Source: Selaginella moellendorffii | Taxonomy: Eukaryota; Plantae; Lycopodiophyta | DNA length: 64,000 nucleotides | Direction of reading: 5' to 3' | Assembly: GCF_000143415.4 (NCBI RefSeq) | Contig: NW_003314264.1 | Location: 2,551,710-2,615,709 of the forward strand | Part shown: positions 1-12,959 of the stretch, piece by piece | How the letters are laid out: each line of letters starts with the position of its first letter | Position numbering within the stretch: the first letter of the stretch is position 1 | The notes under the pieces: model-generated | Databases searched by the model: none | What the model was told of the DNA's origin: nothing | Seen by the model: the letters and a program-made list of their open reading frames with translations, nothing else | Program-made: the position numbers and the translations under genes

Positions 1-2910
1 GTTTGCAAAACCGAGGATTTCCTTGCTGCTCGCTCGGCCTGTATCGCGATCATTCCTGTGTTATAATCTTCTAAACTTTGTGGAGCGACGATCGCTTACC
101 TCGAGAACCCTCACCCGGAGCTTGATATCGCCGTCCTCCAGCTGCTGCATAAATTTCTCTATGTGCTGGACTCTCATTGGCATCGCGACTGTTGCATCCC
201 GTGTCTGGACGAGCACAAGGTATTTGGCACGAGGACAAAGAAACGGTCAAATGGTTTTTTGCTTACTTCCATAGCTTGGCGCTGGAGCTCCTGGACGAAA
301 TCCCTTCTAGAGTCTCGGATGTTCAAAAGCTCCTGTAAATAAAAAAGAATGTTAAGATCCACATTTCACTGTAGAAACAGGTTGCTTACCTGAGCGTATG
401 GAGCAGCAATCTTCGCAAATGAGAACTTTGGATCAAGAATATAGCCTATGCCTGAACAAAAAGAAAACTATTTAAGCATGATCATTTAAAGTTTGTGAAA
501 GAAAACCTTCCAGAGTCGAGAAAGCACGTAACACGAATGTGAAAGTCGATGGGAAACGAAATGGTTGGTCCACAGCAATGGCAAATAAATCCTAGCATTC
601 GTGAGAGACATGTTAGATTGGCTTCTATACGCTTGACATGCGCGTACCTCTCCTATAGCCGTGAACGTTGTGGCTTGATCGGGTCTTTGGCTCGTCAAGT
701 TTTTCAGGAAGAATTGTATTGTCTTTTTCACCTGTTTTTGGCATGGAAGTTAACTCTCTGCTTGAAAATCTAGAATTTCTAGAAAGAAAACTTACAGGTC
801 CCATGTCTCCTGTTGGAACCAAAGCACCCAAGTCTACCAATCCTTGAATAACCTGAGAAATGCTACTATTACCTTTGACGTGAAAGTGCTCTAGTTACCT
901 TTGAAGCATCTTCCTCATACACCGCATAGAAGAGCTCCAGAAGCTTTTCCTTTGTGAAAGACTTGATTTCGCCCATCATCCCAAAGTCGTAGTAAATAAG
1001 TGATCCATCAACGTCCACTGCTAAGTTTCCCGGGTGTGGATCAGCATGGAAAAATCCAGTTTTTAAGATCTAGAAACATAACAGAAAACAATAGTGAAAA
1101 AACGTAAACAGGAATGTTTCGAGTTCGCTAACCTGAATGAGGTAAGCTTCAATCGCCCGAGATGCTATAAGAGAGCGCTTGTAGGAACCGGCGTCTAGAG
1201 CTGCCAAGTCATTGATTTTAATGCCTGCAAGACCGAGATGATAGAAATAAGGCTCGGACGGCTACCAATCGATTGTACCTGGGAGATACTCTAGTGTTAT
1301 GACCTTTCGCGACGTAAAATCCCAGTAAACTTTCTGCAGAGAAAACCCTTTTCGCGTTAGAAATGCACACTGGAGCAAGATTTCCTACTTACAGGGACTT
1401 TCACCCATTTGATATTCCTGAAATCACGTCGAAACTTATCAGCATTTCGTCCTTCATTTATGTAGTCGATTTCCCGATACAAAACTCTGCAAGAGTGATT
1501 GTAAGGACTCATAACAAAAACCATGGAATTTACGTAGCACATTCGTCGTAGATTCCCACCCAGTCTCTCAAAGGACCGCCAAGCATCTCGTCCTTTTGGA
1601 AGTATTCTGCTATAAACTTAAGATTGCCTGAAACAAACTTGTCAGACAAGAGAACGAGAAAACAAAATCTTACTTAAGTCGATATCGAACAGCTCTTTCA
1701 AGCCAGGCCTTTGGATCTTCACCACGACTTGCTCACCATTTCTAAGCACCGCTCTATGCACCTGTTAAAATAAAACAGTTCTTAGAACGTTGATCAACAC
1801 GCTGAAAGCAAAACTTCGATTTACTTGTCCAAGACTCGCAGCTGCCAAAGGCTGCCTTTCAAACTCCGAGAAGAGCACCTGCATCGGAGTATCCAGCTCG
1901 TTTTCAATCATGAGCTCTGCTTTTTCTGGAGAAAAAGCTGGAACTCGATCCTACACAGCACACATAAGCATAACATTCTCCACAAACACCGAGACTGTCA
2001 CCTGAAGCTTTGCAAGCTCTTCCACAAATTCAGCTGGGAACAAGTCCGACCTCGTCGAAAACAACTGGCCAAGTTTGATGAAAGTTGGTCCGAGCTGCAG
2101 TATGGTTTCTTTCACCCACACTGCTATGCTACGCCTCCGTGAAATCTGATGCGTGAAAGAAACCAAACCAAGAGTTAGAAAACTTTGCACAGCGAGATAT
2201 GGAAAGAACACTACCTCTTTCGTCTAAGTACCTTCTTCTCTTCGCTGAATCCTCCAACGTATGACCATTTGGCGTCTATCAGGAAGAGTTTCGCTCTCAA
2301 GCTTAACACAAAGCTCCACACATCGATGGTTCTTTGCAGCTTGCTGTAGTTCTCTTTGGACCAGCTAAAGTTCTCGTCTGACGGCAAAACGTCCACTCGA
2401 TCGCTCAAAGGGAGGAGCACCGACTTTGTAATCCTAGTACCACTATTGCCAGATTTTTCTGGAAGTTTGAAAGAGTTTTCTATGTCGACCGACAGCTTGA
2501 TTGTGCCACTAGAAACTCCATCTTCTACGCAGAAACGATGTAGCAGTCGTTAAGAGAAAAACTTTAGCTTACCATTGCCATTCTCCAAGATTTTTCTCAA
2601 GCCAGTAGCTCCATTTCCTACGTAAACGAAGACTCAGTTGCTAGGAAGAACTCGTCTTCGAGCGAAAAACTTGCGTTTACCATTAGCGTTTTCCGGGATT
2701 TTCTTCAGTGTGGTTCCATTGCCTGCAAGAATTGTTCTAGCAAATGCGAATGAATTCGAGAAGAAACTCACCACTGCGATCAATCAGTGCCGCCCTCTTC
2801 ATCTCCTCGACGGGTATCATTCGGCTGCTGAGAATCCTGGCTCCAGGAGCTCCATTTTTTTGCTCCTTTGGCGGTGGAGACGCCATCGCGCCTATGTGGA
2901 TAGAGCGCAT
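1..2910 (-). CDS. ABC1K7: ABC1/UbiB atypical kinase, ABC1K7 (SIA1)-like, plastid type; multi-exon, 3' end runs off the window, exact start uncertain (ATG 2886 or 2910)
   Basis: Exon translations VLPSDENFSWSKENYSKLQRTIDVWSFVLSLR, LQLGPTFIKLGQLFSTRSDLFPAEFVEELAKLQ, EIDYINEGRNADKFRRDF, GFFHADPHPGN (1025-1057) and KLRVRVLE; many ~50-nt GT-AG introns. Confidence 0.9.
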
Positions 2911-2976
2911 CTCTTCTCCACACAAAGACGCGCGACCAAAGCGGCCAAAGAATATGCGGGCAAACAATCTTGGCGC

Positions 2977-2985
2977 TGACGTGGC
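2977..2985. promoter_or_regulatory. G-box/ABRE-like TGACGTGGC in the short divergent region between ABC1K7 and FREE1
   Basis: gcTGACGTGGCac lies between two head-to-head start regions about 135-160 bp apart. Confidence 0.4.
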
Positions 2986-3044
2986 ACACTAGCATTTGCT
3001 TTTTCTCTCACGCAAAGATTTTAGGGCGAGAGAGCGCGACGACG

Positions 3045-5262
3045 ATGCAGCACCAACACGCTGGCTATGGCGCCGCTACTCCAGGTATGACGCCCGCCTA
3101 TCCATCGCCATCGCCGCCTTCCTACGCTTCGCCGCCATCGAATCCCCCGTATTATCACCCCAGCAGCTACGCGAATTACGCCCCAAGCTCCCCCATTCTC
3201 TCCTCCTCCTCCGCGGATTACCTCGCCTCCTATCCCGGATCCACAGCACAGGAGAGCGGCGCTGGGATGTATGCACAGATCCCGGCTTACGCTCCACCGC
3301 CGCCCGATCCAGCCACTTTCTCGTATTCCACGCACGATCCGTCCTATTCGCCGCGAGCTCCTTCGTTTGATCGCCTCCCCTCTCACGAGAGATCGTCGTT
3401 TGAGCCGGCCGCCAGTTCTTACACGCATAGTTGGCCCTCGGCTTATGGAACTTCCGACTACCAGCTTGGTAGGAGCTCGAGTTATGGTGGAGGATATGGC
3501 ACTGTGGATGCCGCGGTGTACAGTGAGGCAGCGTCTAGATGGGGATATGAGCCAGCGGTGAGCGAAGAGAATCCACACGCCAGCGATGGAAGATATGGAG
3601 GTGTTGCGGAGAAGTCTTCTTCTTACAGCACGGAGAGTGGTGGCCGAGTGGATTACTCTACTGGAGTTTATGCCTATGATGGTGGAAGTTCTCAGCCGTA
3701 TGGATCGAGGGGGACCGGATCGGCACGGTGGGCTTCCGAGAGCAGTAATCCACTCGGGGATCTGCCGAAGTTGGCCAAGGCTTTGCCGAAAGTTGACAGC
3801 GAGTCGAGAGGCGGTGGCGTGCAAAAGTATCACGTAAAGCTTCTACAGGACTCGAGCTCCGTGGGTCTTCCGACGAATGTTGTGTGCCAGGTTTGATCAT
3901 TACGTTGCGTTTGTTTCTCGATTGCTGTAAACTCTCCTGCTTACACAGATCGGTTTGGATGGAGTTCGACTTGTTGATCCAAGCTCCGGACGGACCTTGC
4001 GAATTTATCCTCTCGACACTATTACGAAGTGGGAAGTAAGTTCTGAAGCATGAATTTAGAGAGTTTCTCAAGTTTTGGTTGCAGGTTAATGAGCCATCGG
4101 TGTTTACGTTCTGGGCCAAGAGCGCTGTCGATTTTGAGCAACGTAGAACAAGGTTACAGTCCAGTGCTTCCACCACGAATGCCATATTGGATACTTTAAC
4201 TGCAGCATGTGTTCAGGTATTTGTTTAATTTGTAACCTTGTAAAGTAAATCAGAGTTTTCGGTGTAGCTATGTGAAATGGTTGGGAAAAGTGACGCAGCG
4301 AAGGCTTCGATTTCTTCAATTGTCACCCCTGAGAAGAAGTTTACCTTCTCAGAATGGCTTACTCGTTCCAAGGCACCAGTTCAAGAAGAAAAGGATCATT
4401 GGGTATGTTTTTTGAATTGGTGCATGATATCCCTATTGCGTTTGTTTAGGTTCCAGACGAAGCGGTGACAAAATGTACAGCTTGTTCGAGTGACTTCGGG
4501 CCTTTTCTTCGGAGAGTAAGTATATCGATATTAAGCTGGCATGGTTTCACAGTTATCTTCGTGATTAACAGCACCATTGCCGGAATTGCGGTGATATATT
4601 TTGTGACAAGTGCACACGCGGAAGAACAGCCTTGACATCCGATGAAGATGCACAGATTGTTCGTGTTTGTGACCGTTGTCTGGTAAGATTTTGACATTTC
4701 TCAAACCTTGACTGACGCTCTCTGTGACAGGCTGAGGTTACACAAAGGCTGACCAACACGAAAGAGACTAGCAACAAGTTTGCATCTCAGCAGTCACATG
4801 AAGATCTTGCGAAGAAGCTTCAGGTTTGGTACTGCCTTGAGATATGACAAGTTCTGATTCGTCAAAGCTGCTCGAACAGGAGGAACTGGAACGTAATGCT
4901 CCGCCACGGAAGACTGTTGACAAGTTGTCAGGTCAAACGTCCTTACTCAACTGCAGCAAGTGCGGGAGCGTTTCAATCGTAACAGGAAGCACAGCCGGAT
5001 GTCCGACTTGTGGTTCGGATGCGTCTGGGGGTCGAAATGGAGTAACTAGGAGAACTTCAAGATCAACCGACGGTAGCAGACGCCGCACGCGAGACGTTGC
5101 TTGTCCAACTTGCACAGTGCATCTGGAGGTGCGTGGTTCTGTTTGTATCACGTCCGACTGTCGAAGCTAAGCTACTTTCTTGTACAGGTTGAGGTTCCGA
5201 GCTTCGGATCGGAGACGGTAGAGTGTGGTGTCTGCCAGCATCCTTTCCTGGTGAGCGCATAG
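3045..5262 (+). CDS. FREE1: FREE1/FYVE1, plant ESCRT-associated FYVE-domain protein; multi-exon
   Basis: Pro/Ser/Tyr-rich N-terminus with GVYAYDGG..PYGSRGT; VQKYHVKLL..VVCQIGLDGVRLVDP; FYVE domain EEKDHWVPDEAVTKCTAC..RRHHCRNCGDIFCDKC..RVCDRC; C-terminal CPTCTVHLEVEVPSFGSETVECGVCQHPFLVSA*. Confidence 0.93.
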
Positions 5263-5376
5263 ATCGGTAGGGAGGTAATAGAGTGTCGTGGCGATGTAAA
5301 GTGGGCACATTGGAGTTAAAATTATTGCCTTTAACCTGTGTCTCAAAAACAGTTCACAATCTAGATAGACTAAAAA

Positions 5377-5530
5377 ACATTTGGAGGCAAGGTGATAAGC
5401 CTTCTCTTTCAGTTTTTTCCTTCTCTCTGAAGACTCACTTGTTTTGAAGAAACATTTGGTGGCAAGGTAAGAAGCCTCTCTTTCGGTTCGTTTTCTTCTC
5501 TCTCTGAAGACTCACTTGTTTCGAAGAACA
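5377..5530. repeat. Tandem duplication of ~75 bp between the convergent 3' ends of FREE1 and the extensin
   Basis: aacatttggNggcaaggt...ctctctgaagactcacttgttt occurs twice in tandem. Confidence 0.7.
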
Positions 5531-5658
5531 GGGTTTTCTACCTTCTACTTTTCCAGAGCTCCACTGAACAGCCATGTCAAAGAGGAAAACCGTTATTGGA
5601 TTCGGTAAAAATTAAATCTTACATCCGTTATTTCTAAAAAATGACTCCGGCTTTTGGC

Positions 5659-7773
5659 TCAGTACGCTGGCGGCGGTGGCGACTTGTACTCTGGAGATGG
5701 ATCATATTTGGGAGGAGGCGGGGATTTGTACAGGTAGACAGGTGATGGATCATACTTGGGCGGTGGTGGGGACTTGTACTCGTACACTGGGCTTGGATCA
5801 TACTTGGGAGGTGGTGGCGACTTGTACTCGTAGACCGGTGATGGATCATACTTGGGAGGTGGTGGCGACTTGTACTCGTAGACCGGTGATGGATCATACT
5901 TGGGAGGGGGCGGGGACTTGTACTCGTACACTGGAGATGGATCGTACTTGGGAGGGGGCGGGGACTTGTACTCGTACACTGGAGATGGATCGTACTTGGG
6001 AGGAGGCGGGGACTTGTATCTCGTACACTGGAGATGGATCATANNNNNNNNNNNNNNNNNNNNNNNNNNNNNNNNNNNNNNNNNNNNNNNNNNNNNNNNN
6101 NNNNNNNNNNNNNNNNNNNNNNNNNNNNNNNNNNNNNNNNNNNNNNNNNNNNNNNNNNNNNNNNNNNNNNNNNNNNNNNNNNNNNNNNNNNNNNNNNNNN
6201 NNNNNNNNNNNNNNNNNNNNNNNNNNNNNNNNNNNNNNNNNNNNNNNNNNNNNNNNNNNNNNNNNNNNNNNNNNNNNNNNNNNNNNNNNNNNNNNNNNNN
6301 NNNNNNNNNNNNNNNNNNNNNNNNNNNNNNNNNNNNNNNNNNNNNNNNNNNNNNNNNNNNNNNNNNNNNNNNNNNNNNNNNNNNNNNNNNNNNNNNNNNN
6401 NNNNNNNNNNNNNNNNNNNNNNNNNNNNNNNNNNNNNNNNNNNNNNNNNNNNNNNNNNNNNNNNNNNNNNNNNNNNNNNNGGGGAGGATCTACTTCGCGG
6501 GTGGTGGCGGAGATTTGTAGTAGTAAAGTGGTGGAGGTGGCGACTTGTACTTATACACTGGCGAAGGATCATACTTGGGAGGAGGTGGAGACTTGTATTC
6601 GTACTTTGGTGGCGGTGGGGAGGTGTACTTGTACACTGGGGATGGATCGTATTTCGGTGGTGGTGGAGACTTGTATTCGTACTTTGGTGGCGGTGGGGAG
6701 GTGTACTTGTACACCGGGGATGGATCGTACTTCGGTGGTGGAGGGGATTTGTATTCGTACTTTGGTGGCGGTGGGGACTTGTATTGGTAGACAGGAGATG
6801 GATCATACTTGGGCGGAGGTGGAGGGGACTTGTATTCGTACTTGGGTGGAGGGGGACTCTTGTACTGGTAGACTGGAGATGGATCGTACTTTGGTGGAGG
6901 TGGAGGCGATTTATATTCGTACTTTGGTGGAGGCGGGCTCTTGTACTGGTATACGGGAGATGGATCATACTTCGGTGGAGGTGGGGATTTGTATTCATAC
7001 TTAGGTGGGGGCGGACTCTTGTACTCGTAAACAGGCGACGGATCGTATTTCACAGGGGGTGGAGGGGATTTGTATTCGTACTTTGGTGGGGGCGGGGACT
7101 TGTACTCATACACCGGTGAAGGATCGTACTTGGGAGGAGGTGGAGACTTGTACTCGTACTTTGGCGGGGGCGGCGACTTGTACTCATACACCGGTGAAGG
7201 GTCGTACTTAGGAGGAGGTGGAGACTTGTACTCGTATTTTGGTGGTGGTGGTGACTTATACTCATACACAGGTGATGGATCATACTTTGGTGGTGGTGGC
7301 GGGGACTTATATTCGTATTTCGGCGGAGGGGGGGATTTGTACTCGTACACCGGTGAAGGATCATACTTGGGGGGTGGAGGCGATTTGTACTCGTACACTG
7401 GTGATGGATCATACTTGAGTGGTGGAGGTGGAGATTTGTACTCATACTTCGGTGGTGGAGGCGATTTGTACTCATACACTGGTGATGGATCATACTTCAG
7501 GGGTGGAGGTGGAGATTTGTACTCGTACTTGGGGGGTGGAGGCGATTTGTACTCGTACACTGGTGATGGATCATACTTGGGGGGTGGAGGCGATTTGTAC
7601 TCATACACAGGTGATGGATCATACTCTGGAGGTGGAGGAGACTTGTATTCGTATTTTGGTGGAGGAGGAGACTTGTAGTCGGGGGATGGAGGGTCAACGT
7701 CATATGCATTTGCTACTAGTACCATTAGAAGCAGTGGTACGAGGCCGAGGCCTCGTACTTGAGAGGTCCTCAT
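5659..7773 (-). CDS. Classical extensin (HRGP) with signal peptide and KYDPSPVYEYKSPPPP / KYEYKSPPPP repeats; spans the N gap at 6044-6480
   Basis: MRTSQVRGLGLVPLLLMVLVANA signal peptide, then dozens of SP4-5 and YXY cross-linking motifs; the same repeat continues across the gap to a stop at 5659. Confidence 0.9.
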
Positions 7774-9347
7774 GGTTGGATCTCCTCCGGCTCCAGTCAG
7801 TGCTTTCGAGTTCCACCTGAAGAGAAAAGTGCGAAGGGATTTCAGAGAAGATCGAATGAAGCACGCCCTGGTGGAGAAGAAGACCGAAAGAGCAACATAC
7901 CACAAAGTTCCTGGATTAGATTGCTGCTGCTACTTCTATTCCCCCCCTGTGGCTCTTGGGGACTTCTCGAGCCCCTGGAAACCTGGTCTGCCTTGCCAAC
8001 ATGGCGAGCAGCGCCATTTATACTCGCCAAAGATCGTGGTGGTGGCATGGGTTTAAACTAGTCCGCTCGCTTTGGAAAACGCACCCCGCTCTGAATGATT
8101 CAAATCTTTGCGGCTGCCAGCCAGTCCGGAACGAGCATGTTTCACGTAAGTATCATAGTTTTCTGGCTTTGCGATTTCTCTTCTCGTTACTTTCGTCCTT
8201 TTTTTCTCCTTGCAGGAACGAGGCCAGACTGTCGAGAGAGAAAGAAAGAGAGGAAACGAGCCTCCGTGTTTTCTCACGATGGCTCTGCCTTGACTTTGAG
8301 ATATCAAGTGGGGCACACGCGGATCAACGACTAAGTAGCGAAAACACGGCCAGCCATGGCAACATAGCCGGGAACGCAATCGTGTCCCTCATGGTTCTCA
8401 AAGTCACAGTCACTGTGGGTCACATAGTCACATGAGATCATGGCGCCAGTACCGAGTTTTTTTACTAAACTTTGTGCGCGCGGCCAGAATCCACAAGTTA
8501 ACTGGCCAAAGGGATCATGGGCGAATTTAAAGCTGGGAAGCAGGCTCGAAAGCAGCAAAGCTCAAGAGTTGAAAACTTTACTCTTTTGAAATGGATTCGA
8601 TTTGTTTTTTTGTGTGTTTGTTTGATCGAGAATCATCCAAGCCAAAAGTCTTCCAGCAGAGGAATCGGGTTTAGTGCCTTGTGTTCCGCTACTGTGATCA
8701 GCCATTTAATGGATTGTCTTCTCCTGGATCTTTGCACACGTTTTCACTGGTCTTGTAAGTGGAAGAGATTTTTTACACTGTAACTTGCATTTCACTCGTT
8801 TACAGATCTAATTGTTATCATCAAAGAGATGCGAAGGAGCTGACTTGCGGCCGTGAATGCTCCCATGTGTTCTTGGAAGTCGAGGGAAAGGTTTTGTGTG
8901 TCATGTTTGTGGCCCTTTATAAGTCGTGAGCCAAACAATTAAAATAAAATACAATAAAGGATATGTTTTTAAAGGGAATTAAATTTACATTCTGTTATTT
9001 ATAAAATTTGAGTTTTATTCTTTTAATGTATTAAAGGGGAATAACTTCTATCAAATTATTATAAGTTCTGATAACTTATAAATTGATATCAATAAATTCT
9101 TTTTCTTTTTTTATAATTGCATCGCCATGTTTAAGATTCTGCATTACACAATAACCATTTTAATTTAATGCCAAGAGCATGATTATAAAAGACTTGTAAT
9201 AGTTAATCTTTGCAATAAAGCAAATATATAAAATAAAATACATTATTGCCGTTTAAATTTTTTATAAAGTATCAATTATATTTAAAATGAAAATTCTAAA
9301 AAATGAAAAATTTTATACTAATAACTTCAAATTTTTTAGACAAACAT

Positions 9348-10952
9348 TTACAAGTCATGTTGCTTATGATGTATGTTTGCAAGCAAGACATAAGCAGCCG
9401 CATTTCCAGAATCCATGCGAAGGAGATTACTTGCGGCCCATGTACCATGGCAAAGGTTTCCATATGTTCTGCAAGCACCAAGGAAACAAACCCACTCAAG
9501 GGGGCCAATCTCAAATGGCATGCTGTCGATGAGCTCCAGTGCGTCTTGCAAATACGTTGCTCTCGCAAGCAAGTCCAGGATGCAGCAGTAGTGCTGCTTT
9601 ACGGGGATCAGTCCGTAGTCCACAAACATCGATCCAAAGCAGCTCCTTGCACGCAAAATTATCCCCAAGTGACTGCAAGAAAACAATACCATTGCGAAGC
9701 ATATCTCGTCTGGTGTCTCCACAGTGGTCATGGAGTTAAACACACATATTACATCGCCAAAACAACCGGCTTGCCAGTAAGACGAAACTAGAGCGCTCCA
9801 CGAGATGCAGCTGTGGCTAGGCATGGTATCAAAGACCATTACGGAATTTCGCAGATGCCCCTTTTGGGCATATGCCAGCACTAGACAGTTCCACGTTACA
9901 AGGCTTCGAACGGGCATCTTATCAAAGATAAACCTTGCGTTCTCCAAATCACCGTCCTGCGTGTGGGCCCAGATCATACAGTTGCAAGACACAACGCTCC
10001 TCTCCGGCATATTTCTAAACAAACGCTTGGCATCATCAAGATAGCCTGACCCGGTATATGCTGCGAGAAGGGCATTCCATGTCACCACGTCACGCTGCGA
10101 CATTGTGTCGAATACATCCTTTGCTTCCTCCAGCTGACGCGCTTGTCCGTACATCGCAACCAATGCCGTGCACGAGAATCGGTCAAGTTCAGGGACAGCA
10201 TCGTAAAGATGCTTAGCCTCCGCAAGGTGCCCCGCTTGGGCATATGCCGCCAGCATGGAGTTCCACGTCACCATGTTTGCCTCTGGCATGTGGCTGAAAC
10301 ACCAGTTGCATTCTTCCACGTGGCCTTCCCGGGCAAATGCTGCCAGCATGGCATTACAGCAGACTAAAGTCGTCTGTGGCATCTCGCTGTAGATACTCTT
10401 TGCTTCGTCGAGGTAGCCTCCGTGGGAATATCCAACAAGCATCGAGGTCCAGGAAAAGGTATCTCGCACGGGCATTGTGTCAAACACATATCTCGCCTCC
10501 TCGAGATGCCCGTGACGAGAATATGCAAAAAGCATCGTGTTCCACAGAACAATATTCCTCTGTGGCACTGAATCGAACAGACCCTTTGCCTCCTCCAAAT
10601 ACCCATGCTGGGAATATGCCGACATCATAACGCCCCACGACACGAGATTCCGCAGTGGCATGATGTCGAACGCCCACTTGGCATCTGCAAGATACCCGTT
10701 CTGGGAATATGCGACCTGCATGAGCACCCACGAGAAAGAATCTCTAATCCCGTCCATGGAATCAAACACATTGCGCGCGTCTCCAGCACTCCCACACTTG
10801 CCATACATCTCAATGAGCTTGTTACACAAGAAAACATCTCTGCAGACGTTTGTTAGGGAAACAGTAACTTGGGAGTGAATTTCCCTAGCCTTGGCAAGAG
10901 AGCTGCAGGCCTGTATAAGCTCCAAGGATTCATCTCTTTGCAACACTGGCAT
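9348..10952 (-). CDS. PLS-class PPR protein with C-terminal E domain and no DYW; probable organellar C-to-U editing factor
   Basis: Intronless 534-aa ORF of ~31-aa repeats (WNSMLAAYAQAGHLAEAK..F..MP.R); E domain HYCCILDLLAR...SMPFE...W..FLGACRTYG...AAAYVLLANI. Confidence 0.93.
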   Translation of the reverse strand: MPVLQRDESLELIQACSSLAKAREIHSQVTVSLTNVCRDVFLCNKLIEMYGKCGSAGDARNVFDSMDGIRDSFSWVLMQVAYSQNGYLADAKWAFDIMPLRNLVSWGVMMSAYSQHGYLEEAKGLFDSVPQRNIVLWNTMLFAYSRHGHLEEARYVFDTMPVRDTFSWTSMLVGYSHGGYLDEAKSIYSEMPQTTLVCCNAMLAAFAREGHVEECNWCFSHMPEANMVTWNSMLAAYAQAGHLAEAKHLYDAVPELDRFSCTALVAMYGQARQLEEAKDVFDTMSQRDVVTWNALLAAYTGSGYLDDAKRLFRNMPERSVVSCNCMIWAHTQDGDLENARFIFDKMPVRSLVTWNCLVLAYAQKGHLRNSVMVFDTMPSHSCISWSALVSSYWQAGCFGDVICVFNSMTTVETPDEICFAMVLFSCSHLGIILRARSCFGSMFVDYGLIPVKQHYCCILDLLARATYLQDALELIDSMPFEIGPLEWVCFLGACRTYGNLCHGTWAASNLLRMDSGNAAAYVLLANIHHKQHDL

Positions 10953-10999
10953 GTAAAGCTATCCTTGCATTATTATCATTCTCTTCAAAGCCATGGACC

Positions 11000-12263
11000 C
11001 ATGCAAGAAAAGTTGGCTGTCTTTTGAAATAATTTGAGCTGCTTTTTCATGCCAGGCATATCTTTGGGGAAGAGTAGTGCTCTGGATTCACTGCAAAAGC
11101 CCAGACTGCTAAAGTATATAATGCTGACATATTCTCTTTGTTTCCAATCTCAAAAATATTGTTCGGTCTCCTCCTCGACGACTGGCGTTGACCTGTTTTG
11201 AGCAAAGCTTGTTGTCGTCGTGTCGCCTATGAAAGATAGTCAGTCGGTGTTTTCGAGTTGAAATTCTATGGTTATGGTTTCACCTGTGTCCGTAGTGTAT
11301 TTGCGTTTGGAGCTCTCTTCTACATCTGCAGGGCCTTTGCAAGGTCCATGGTTCTCGTCTTCTGAAGAAGCTCGAGGCGGGGTTTGCTGGGGCTTCCTCC
11401 GCCTACGGTTGTGATCCGCCAGCCTCTTTCGGCAACTCCTCTTGCCCTCGTCAAACTCCAACAGTGCATGAAACCTGTAGTAGCATTCACTCATATAGGA
11501 GACGAGTGGCAGAACAAGTTACAAAACCAACTTCAAGTAAAAGTATAGAAACGATTATGAACCTGCTGCATTGCTGGCAAAAGCGCTGGGTCTCGCCGTT
11601 GGCAGCAGTGACCATGGAGGCCTTGGAATGCATCTCACAGACTTTGTGCCTCCTGTGGTAGTGCTTGGCGGTGCTTAGATCCGCTCTACAGCCCAGAGCT
11701 TGGCATAGAGGACCAGGCATTGGCTGTGATACCACTGAAGAAGAAGCGAGTAACTCCAGGTGACCATGATCTACTGGCCTCGGTCGCTTGCTTGCCAGCA
11801 GCGCCACCACTGGCCAATAATCGTCTTCCGTGGAGAAGTACGTTCTCCTACCCAAATCCAGTCCAATCCTCATGCCGGATTGGTTGATGGGCTGCTCCGG
11901 TGATCTTTTCAAGTGCTCCTGGTGCTGCTCGTGGTGTTGGAGCTGATGTGCTTCTAGCAAGCTACTTGGAGCAGCGACCATGGACGAGTTATAGTGATGA
12001 GTACTTAGCTGAGAAGCGCTGCCATTGAAATAGACCCAGCCGCTTGACGATGGCGATGGTGTTTTGGTGAGATTATAATCGTTAGACGCAGGAGCACAAG
12101 GATTCAGGAAATGCGAAGACGAGTTGAGCAAAAGAGTGCCATTCAAGCTATCTGTGTTATCGCTTGTGTGATTGATTAGCCAGGTCAAGTCTCCTTCTTG
12201 CATTTGCTGCTGCTGCTGTTGTTGAAACCTCAGAGTGGTGATCATATTCCCCTGGTAGATCAT
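11000..12263 (-). CDS. SPL8: SBP-box transcription factor, SPL8/LG1 clade; spliced, 3' end approximate
   Basis: [13 protein letters not shown] motif typical of SPL8-type proteins; SBP domain [28 protein letters not shown]...RFCQQCSR|[28 protein letters not shown] split by an intron at ~11475-11562; no miR156 site seen. Confidence 0.85.
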
Positions 12264-12959
12264 GTGGTTCTCTTTTTTCTTGGAAAGAACCTTTTCAATG
12301 GTTGAAACTTACAGCTCTTCCTTGCTGAGAAATTTGTCTGGAACGTGCTCAATAGCATTGTAAGGATGGAAGAAAAAGATCTAAGGTACTATAGTCTATC
12401 TATGTCTCTCAAGATCCAAGACTCTCTTTGTACTCTATAAGGAAGAGACACACACGGTTGTCCGTAATCCATTGCTGCTCTCTTAATCAATCAATGCAGG
12501 AAGCCATGGAAGTTGCAGGCACAGCAACCGTTGATGCAGGATAGATTCTAATGCCTAGCTTTGGCAACGTTGCACTCTGCTAGCCAGCAGATGACCCAGA
12601 TTTGAATTTTCTAAAATATCTATGGACCATAACATATAATTATAGTGTATGGAGGGATGGTCTAAACTTAATTTCAATTTCCTTTGTAAGACTTTTAATT
12701 GATTGTGTTGACTTGAGTTGAAGAAAATGAAGGTTTTAATGAACTTTAAAATATTGAAATATGTAAATATCTGAGCTAAAATTTTCTATTAGATTAAGTC
12801 ATTTAAAAAAGATAAAGTTTATAAAAACCTATCTTTTTTAAAGCTATATCATTTTATTGTTATAGTTTGATTTGACTAAATATTTTAACCATTTTTATAG
12901 TTGTCATATAGTTATATACTATTCCTTCATTCAATTTTTTTTAAAGGTTTTTTGAAGCA

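Noticed and set aside
3021-3833. 270-aa antisense ORF over FREE1 exon 1
   Set aside because: GC-rich shadow frame without domain features
6481-6500. Apparent stop (PPPAK*) suggesting two separate extensin genes
   Set aside because: It lies at a contig edge and resembles the KYDPSP unit with a 1-nt loss; more likely a sequence error, though this cannot be settled across the gap
5676-7820. Plus-strand and alternative-frame ORFs over the extensin
   Set aside because: Shadow frames of the repetitive extensin, partly running through Ns
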